Of a DNA stretch of 64,000 nucleotides, positions 25,951 through 64,000 are shown one piece after another (the first letter of the stretch is position 1; each line of letters begins with the position of its first letter). Source of the stretch: Glaucostegus cemiculus. Taxonomy: Eukaryota. Both the position numbers and the translations under genes were made by a program. The notes below the pieces were generated by a model, which saw nothing but the letters and a program-made list of their open reading frames with translations, searched no databases and was not told where the DNA came from. Where the stretch lies: assembly GCA_976551045.1 (NCBI GenBank), contig CDPCPM010000043.1, positions 1,240,001 to 1,304,000 of the forward strand, given 5' to 3'.

Positions 25951-28313
25951 GTATGTCAATTATTGCAGGATTCATTGTCCCTTCTATTTATGGACAATAA
26001 AGTTAACTGACCAGTATCCAAGAGTTAGGAGGGGCTTAGGATATAATATGCCTGCTTTTTATCATCTGTTGGTTATCAGCCACCGTATTGCTTGAAAATT
26101 AGATGTAACCCTTAAAAGAAAAACAATCAATTATTCCGGAGTGTGAAACAGCATTGCTGCAATTTCTGTCAATCCTCAAGTCTCAACATAACATACTTTG
26201 TCATGTACTAGAATAGTTAGCCAAGTTGATGAGAACAGAAGAGAGCGCACGCCAACAGTGTGTCAAGCATCATGGTTCACTAATCAAACATCATATCACT
26301 TTCCGCCCTCAGTCCATAGGGACAGGTCTGCCCTTGAACTTGAAGGTCAACAGGGCCATTCATTGGGCTTCTCCACAATAACTTCAAAGGTGCTCTGAAA
26401 TCTTGGTAAAGTTGATGTTGCTGATTGTATTAGTAAAGCTTTGCACTGTGATCTTTAGACTCCTGGGACATGAGATTCAACTTTAAACACATATTTTCAA
26501 ATTCAAACAACTTGAACTGGGAAGATCTAGAATATGTTTAGTTGAATAATGGTAAGAACTGTTCCAATTGTTTAAGACTGAATTTTGGTTTATAAATTGT
26601 TATCAAAATACTACAGGAACTCCAAGCCTAATATCCAAAGTACAATATTTTGTTCATAATATACATATTTATTTTAGGCAAGTTGGTATGTTTAGAGATA
26701 ATAGTTGCTAAGATATCAAGATGTATTTTTTGAACATTGTGATTTCTAGAAATTAAAACCAATACATGCAGTCACTGGGTTATGTAAAGGTTCCTGAGAA
26801 CCATCTGTAAACCAATTTTTCGTATGTCAGAAATGAACAATTTCAGTGAGGATTAATTGACATGAACATTTATTTATTGTCTTCCCCAGTGTAGATACAA
26901 TGGTACATCGTCAGAACATTCCACATCTAGTGGCTAGATCTGTGACCTTAAAGTATCATGGATGTTACATTGTTTGATAAAGTATTTTACAAGTGTCAAT
27001 AGAAGTGATTTTCTTTGTTATTTTCCAAAGCAAATCTTTAAAGTGGGCTCCTTCTGTGAACTGGCATCTGTGTTCTTAAAGACAATGTATCTGTTGGATT
27101 ACTGTGGGAAGGTTACATGTAAGCAGGTTTTTTTTGAAGACTAGTTGTCTTTTAATTAACTAGTTGCTACCCCTGTTCCATAACTCCTGAAATTGTTCGC
27201 ATTTTTTTCCTGTCTTGAAAAATGCTTTAAAAATTGAATGGGAGAATCTGTGTATTGGATATCCTTCAGTCAGGTCTTCCATGACCTGGGAAGCCCAGTA
27301 TTCAAGAAACATTAATTAGTCTCTGGTCAACAGTACTTCCAGGAATATTTTCAAACAAGGTGGAATTTTCATGTCGCAATCATGATAACAGAGGAAATGA
27401 AGAATGACTTAGTAGGAATACACAAAAAACGGAGAAACTCAGCAGTTAGTAGGGACGAGTAGCAGAGAGAGACCTCTGTTGTAACTCTAGAGAGTGAGAA
27501 ACTGACAGGAACTCCACGGAAACTGTACAAATGCCAATCTTCCACTGAACTAATAGCAAGAGACCCAAAGAAACTTTGTGGAATTTCTTGGGAAAATGCT
27601 TTCAGGAGCTTTTTGAGATCAAAGTAAAATGGTTTGATGGCAGAACTAATTATAGAAGACTTTACTGATTGAATATTCAGTTGATGGAATGAAAGGTGCT
27701 CTGAAAAGCAACATTGTTATGTCAGAACACTGGAGTGATAAATGGCTGGGCATGATCACTCAGGTGTTATGGAATAAATCAGTGAAGGATTTGAAGAAAT
27801 TGCTGAAAATCATTGCACCCATGTATAACGAGCCTCTTCAGGGGAGAAAATAGTGGGTGCACAGGGCTGTAGCGAATGTAAGTTGCTGTTTTGCATTGGG
27901 TAATTTTGTCAACCAGGAAGGTTTGAAAGTCGATCACTGAGCTGGGTTGAACTAAGATTGGACTGCTGAGTTTGAAGTCGATGGAAATGGGTGGCAAACC
28001 AGCTCTGAAAGTTTGCCAAGGCTGTGTAGCCAGATGCAGCCCATAAACTTAACTGAGTGGTGGGATCTAGGAATCAGTTTTGCTAACATTGGCCTGAAGG
28101 AAACTTTACCTTATCCAAAGCTTCAGGTTGGGCCAGCAGATGGAAATTGTTGCAACATCCCTGATAATGAAGAGCTCTGGAACCCAGAGCTTACATGTAA
28201 CATCGTCTTGTATTTTGTTAAATTGTCCTAGCTCATATTTTACTTCATTACAAAGAATCCAGAAAAGCTATAGTATTTAACTAATAACCACATTACCTGC
28301 CTTTCTTTTATAG

Positions 28314-60803
<32,490 letters not shown>

Positions 60804-62290
60804 AGGACTGCCTACAAAGAATGTCTTTGTCAGTATGAACCTATTTAATATAAATTGTACAGAATACATCTGTAATCATTTTTTTCTATTTTTATCTTTT
60901 ACAACTAAATTCTTACTGTCTGTGCATGTTGTAATTAACAGAACAGTACTGTTTAATACTTTTTCATATGTAATGTCCAGATGTGCATTTAGTTTTAATT
61001 TTTGTCTCGTTAGAATAACTTAGAAGGCAGCTGTATTCTGTTGAAACATTTAAAGGTAACTTCATTCAGATCTCTGCCTTCAATCTGTAATCTAAAGCTG
61101 CTGTAGCCCTTTGACGTCCACAACTTTAGTCTTGGCTAAGGAGCCAAACGTATGACCAGCTTGTCAGAATTTAGTGATCAGGGTGGGCCAGTATATTCTT
61201 TTTTTTTCATGAGAAAACATATGATCAGTTTGGTGTGGTACTAGTCATGACATTCTGCTATAGGGAGAGTCTGGAACGTCAAAGGTATAATAGGACTTGT
61301 GCTTTAATGTTATGGATAATTATGTAAAATGTGATGGTGTTGGTATCTTAAGAGCAAATCCTGGAGGGAAATTATCTTAAGAAATCAATTCACTAAGTAT
61401 TAAATATACATCAATTTATTGAAAAATAGCTATTATACTGTAGAAAAAGATTGTGACCTTGAAAACTTAAAGCTGCTGTACGTCAGAAATATTGACAGGA
61501 CATATTGGAAGGACACAGCAATCCAGTCACCTTTAGTAAGGGAATTAAGGTTAGCATAATGCACAAAAACTTTCCTCCAGGTTCTAAAGACCTGTCAATT
61601 GATTTGCTGTGCATTTGTAATATTTGCTGTTTCCATTTCAAACTTTTAGCATTTGTTTTGTGATTGGATTGACCCTTATCCACTTGGAGATGCAGAGAAT
61701 AAAAAAAATTATCATTTGTGAAACAAATAATCCACAATGAAAATGGAGCAATATTTGGTCATTAAATAAAAATGAATCTTCATTAGGTAAGTGAATATAA
61801 TCTCTGAGTAACACATCTGCACATTGCCAAACTCAAAGACACGTTGATTAATGTTGTGGAGCATAACCTGCAAAAATAACCACAAATGGAATCAGTTGCA
61901 TCTAGCATTCCTGCTAGAATCAACCTGCAGATTGAAAAGATAAATGTGTTATGTGTCCTTCTTGTAAATGTTTAAGATATTATTTAGTATGTTTAAATGT
62001 TTTGGTAAGTTTAAATGTTATTTGGTATGATGTAATGCGTGGATTGAGTATAAAAAGCATTTCCATCTGCCAGTGTAAGCTGCAACTTCAAATATCTTTG
62101 TATAGTTTTTATGAAAATTGCATTGCTGTCATAGAAAAGGGCAAATTAAACAGAATTTTGTGTTCCTATAAAATAGAAATTAATGTGAAGATAAAATATA
62201 GATTAAATTCTTCTGATCTAACTTATGTAAAACATGACACAATGTATTTTCATGGTGATGATAATAAATCTTCAAAGACACAATGAACCT
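60804..62290 (+). other. SEMA3C: Probable SEMA3C 3' UTR
   Basis: AT-rich, apparently repeat-free sequence after the stop codon, with AATAAA hexamers near 61698, 61765 and 62263. The true 3' end is inferred. Confidence 0.6.
62263..62268 (+). terminator. Candidate polyadenylation signal AATAAA
   Basis: gatgatAATAAAtcttc at the end of the AT-rich UTR block, with T-rich sequence downstream. Confidence 0.45.
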
Positions 62291-62618
62291 TTTCTAAATG
62301 TATGCTCTCTCTACCTCGCTGTATGCCTTGTGTTAGAAGGACTGTTGTTCTTTTCCACTTCCCTGTCTGCTGGCATAGATATTATGAAGCAGATTAGTAG
62401 ACACCCACTGTCTTAAAGTAACCTGACTCAGGACCATCCTGATCCTTTTCATTTTCACCACCTAACAAATGCAGGATTTCCAGCAGGAATCCCAGGATAA
62501 GAGGCAAGGAAGGATGTTTCCTTTCCTTTTAACCCACAGGTACTGAGACCAGTGGTGTGAATAGACATCTCCACACAGACTGATATTAGCTATGGAAGAG
62601 TTGATCTGGAAATCCTAC

Positions 62619-62635
62619 AGATAGATAGATAGATA
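62619..62635 (+). repeat. (AGAT)n microsatellite
   Basis: agatagatagatagata. Confidence 0.7.
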
Positions 62636-63611
62636 AAATCTGGCATAGAAATTCTTATAAGTAGCATTTTTTCAGTGCAACAAATATGAACGTCAGTTAT
62701 TTGCAGAAGGGAATGTGATTGTAATGAATTTGAGGTCAAATTGCATCACTGCAGGGTCTGCTGGTTTCACACTGCATTTATGCACCAGACATCATGGAAA
62801 AATGTTGTTTCCAGTGCAATGTTCCTTTAAGCATTGCCTGGGAAATTAGGTCACACTGCACTGTGAGACTGTCACTGGGCACAATCAGAACGACTATGTT
62901 TTAACAGCATTTTCTCTGAGGAAGTCCCAGCCCAGAACAGGGAGCATCATTCAGATAGTTTACGTTACCTACTCCCCTCCAAGCCGCCTGCCATAGACTA
63001 GCCATTTTGGTCTCTTTTCTGATTTTATCTTTCATTTCCAAACCCAACAGAACTTTTCCCCTCCAAGTACAAATCGAGCCATGAACATTCATTTTGTTTC
63101 TCCACTCACCCACTCAACTGGCTCTGAAGTTCCTCTCAAACTTCATCCATGAGTCTTGTTCTGCCTTCTGATCAAACCCAACTCTGGCACAAACTGCCTT
63201 CCCCAGACAATCTCAAATCTCAGATTGCCTCCAATTCTGGCCTCCTAACCCAAAGCCCCTGACTCTGGAACTGGCTCCCCAATCCAAACCCCAACTGGAG
63301 CCCTCGTTGAGATCACGTTCCAGGTCCTGACTCATGACTAATGCCCTAAGTCATCCCACAGCCCCTGATCCTGATCTCTCCTGCCACCAGACCTTCCTGG
63401 TTGCAGACTTATCTGGTAACTTTCTTCAAGCATTCTATCATGGTGCAATAGAGGAAGAAGTGTGTATAATGTCTATTCATCAGTGCTTTGAGCACCACTG
63501 AATCTTGCTGTCCCAGGCCTAGGACCAATATGGTCATTGCCACACTGGTCAACAACAGTTAATCTCCACCAGTGGCATTGAATTTCTAGGCCCCCATACT
63601 TTAAATCTTCC

Positions 63612-64000
63612 CATGGTAAGAGGGCTGGGCTGCACGTGAGGCTGAAACAGTGTGGATACAAGATGCCCCTCCCCAGCATACTATTAGCCAATATCCAGGC
63701 CATTGAGAACAAAGTGGATGAACTAAGGACAAGACTGACCTACCAAAGAGATGTGAGGAACTGCTGTGTGATATGTCTCACCGAAAAGTAGCTTGCACCT
63801 GCTTCACTTGACTGTTCCATTCAACCTGCGGGCTTCTCAATTCATCAAATGGACCAAGTTAGAGGCTGAGGGATCTGCTTCTTAATCAATAACCTGTGGT
63901 GCTCGGACGTGATTATCCTGGTGAGCTCCTGCTCACCCAGCCTGGAATATCTAATGGTGAAGTGTCAACCATACTACCTGCCGCGGGAGTTCACTTCAGC
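63612..64000 (+). mobile_element. Rex1/Babar-type LINE 5' region (AP endonuclease N-terminus), running off the window
   Basis: GKRAGLHVRLKQCGYKMPLPSILLANIQAIENKVDELRTRLTYQRDVRNCCVICLTEK* then CSPSLEYLMVKCQPYYLPREFTS; in-frame stops. Confidence 0.85.

Overview
Eukaryotic, AT-rich, repeat-laden vertebrate DNA. The repeat content (CR1/HER1-like LINEs, HE1-type V-SINEs, DeuSINEs, Penelope-derived repeats) points to a cartilaginous fish, which is an inference. The window holds 16 coding exons of semaphorin 3C (SEMA3C) on the + strand, from 28314 to the stop at 60803. All have canonical AG/GT sites and consistent phases, and they sum to 2159 nt (719 aa including the split first codon, plus the stop). 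They encode the Sema, PSI and Ig domains and the basic C-terminal tail. I did not find the first coding (signal-peptide) exon, so bases 1-28313 are most likely a large upstream intron. Nearly all ORFs in the supplied track are spurious or are retroelement fragments. I see no support for a wholly novel multi-gene system. The most notable observations are: (1) a 291-bp templated copy of nearby intron DNA placed inside a CR1 LINE, with microhomology at both junctions; (2) several nested transposon insertions; (3) one V-SINE head paired with two different LINE-type tails, with the candidate partner LINEs both present in the window; (4) a dense E-box/Meis/Fox/GATA/Sox enhancer candidate; (5) decayed hammerhead-ribozyme-like cores in Penelope-derived repeats. 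Exon numbers follow the human gene from memory.
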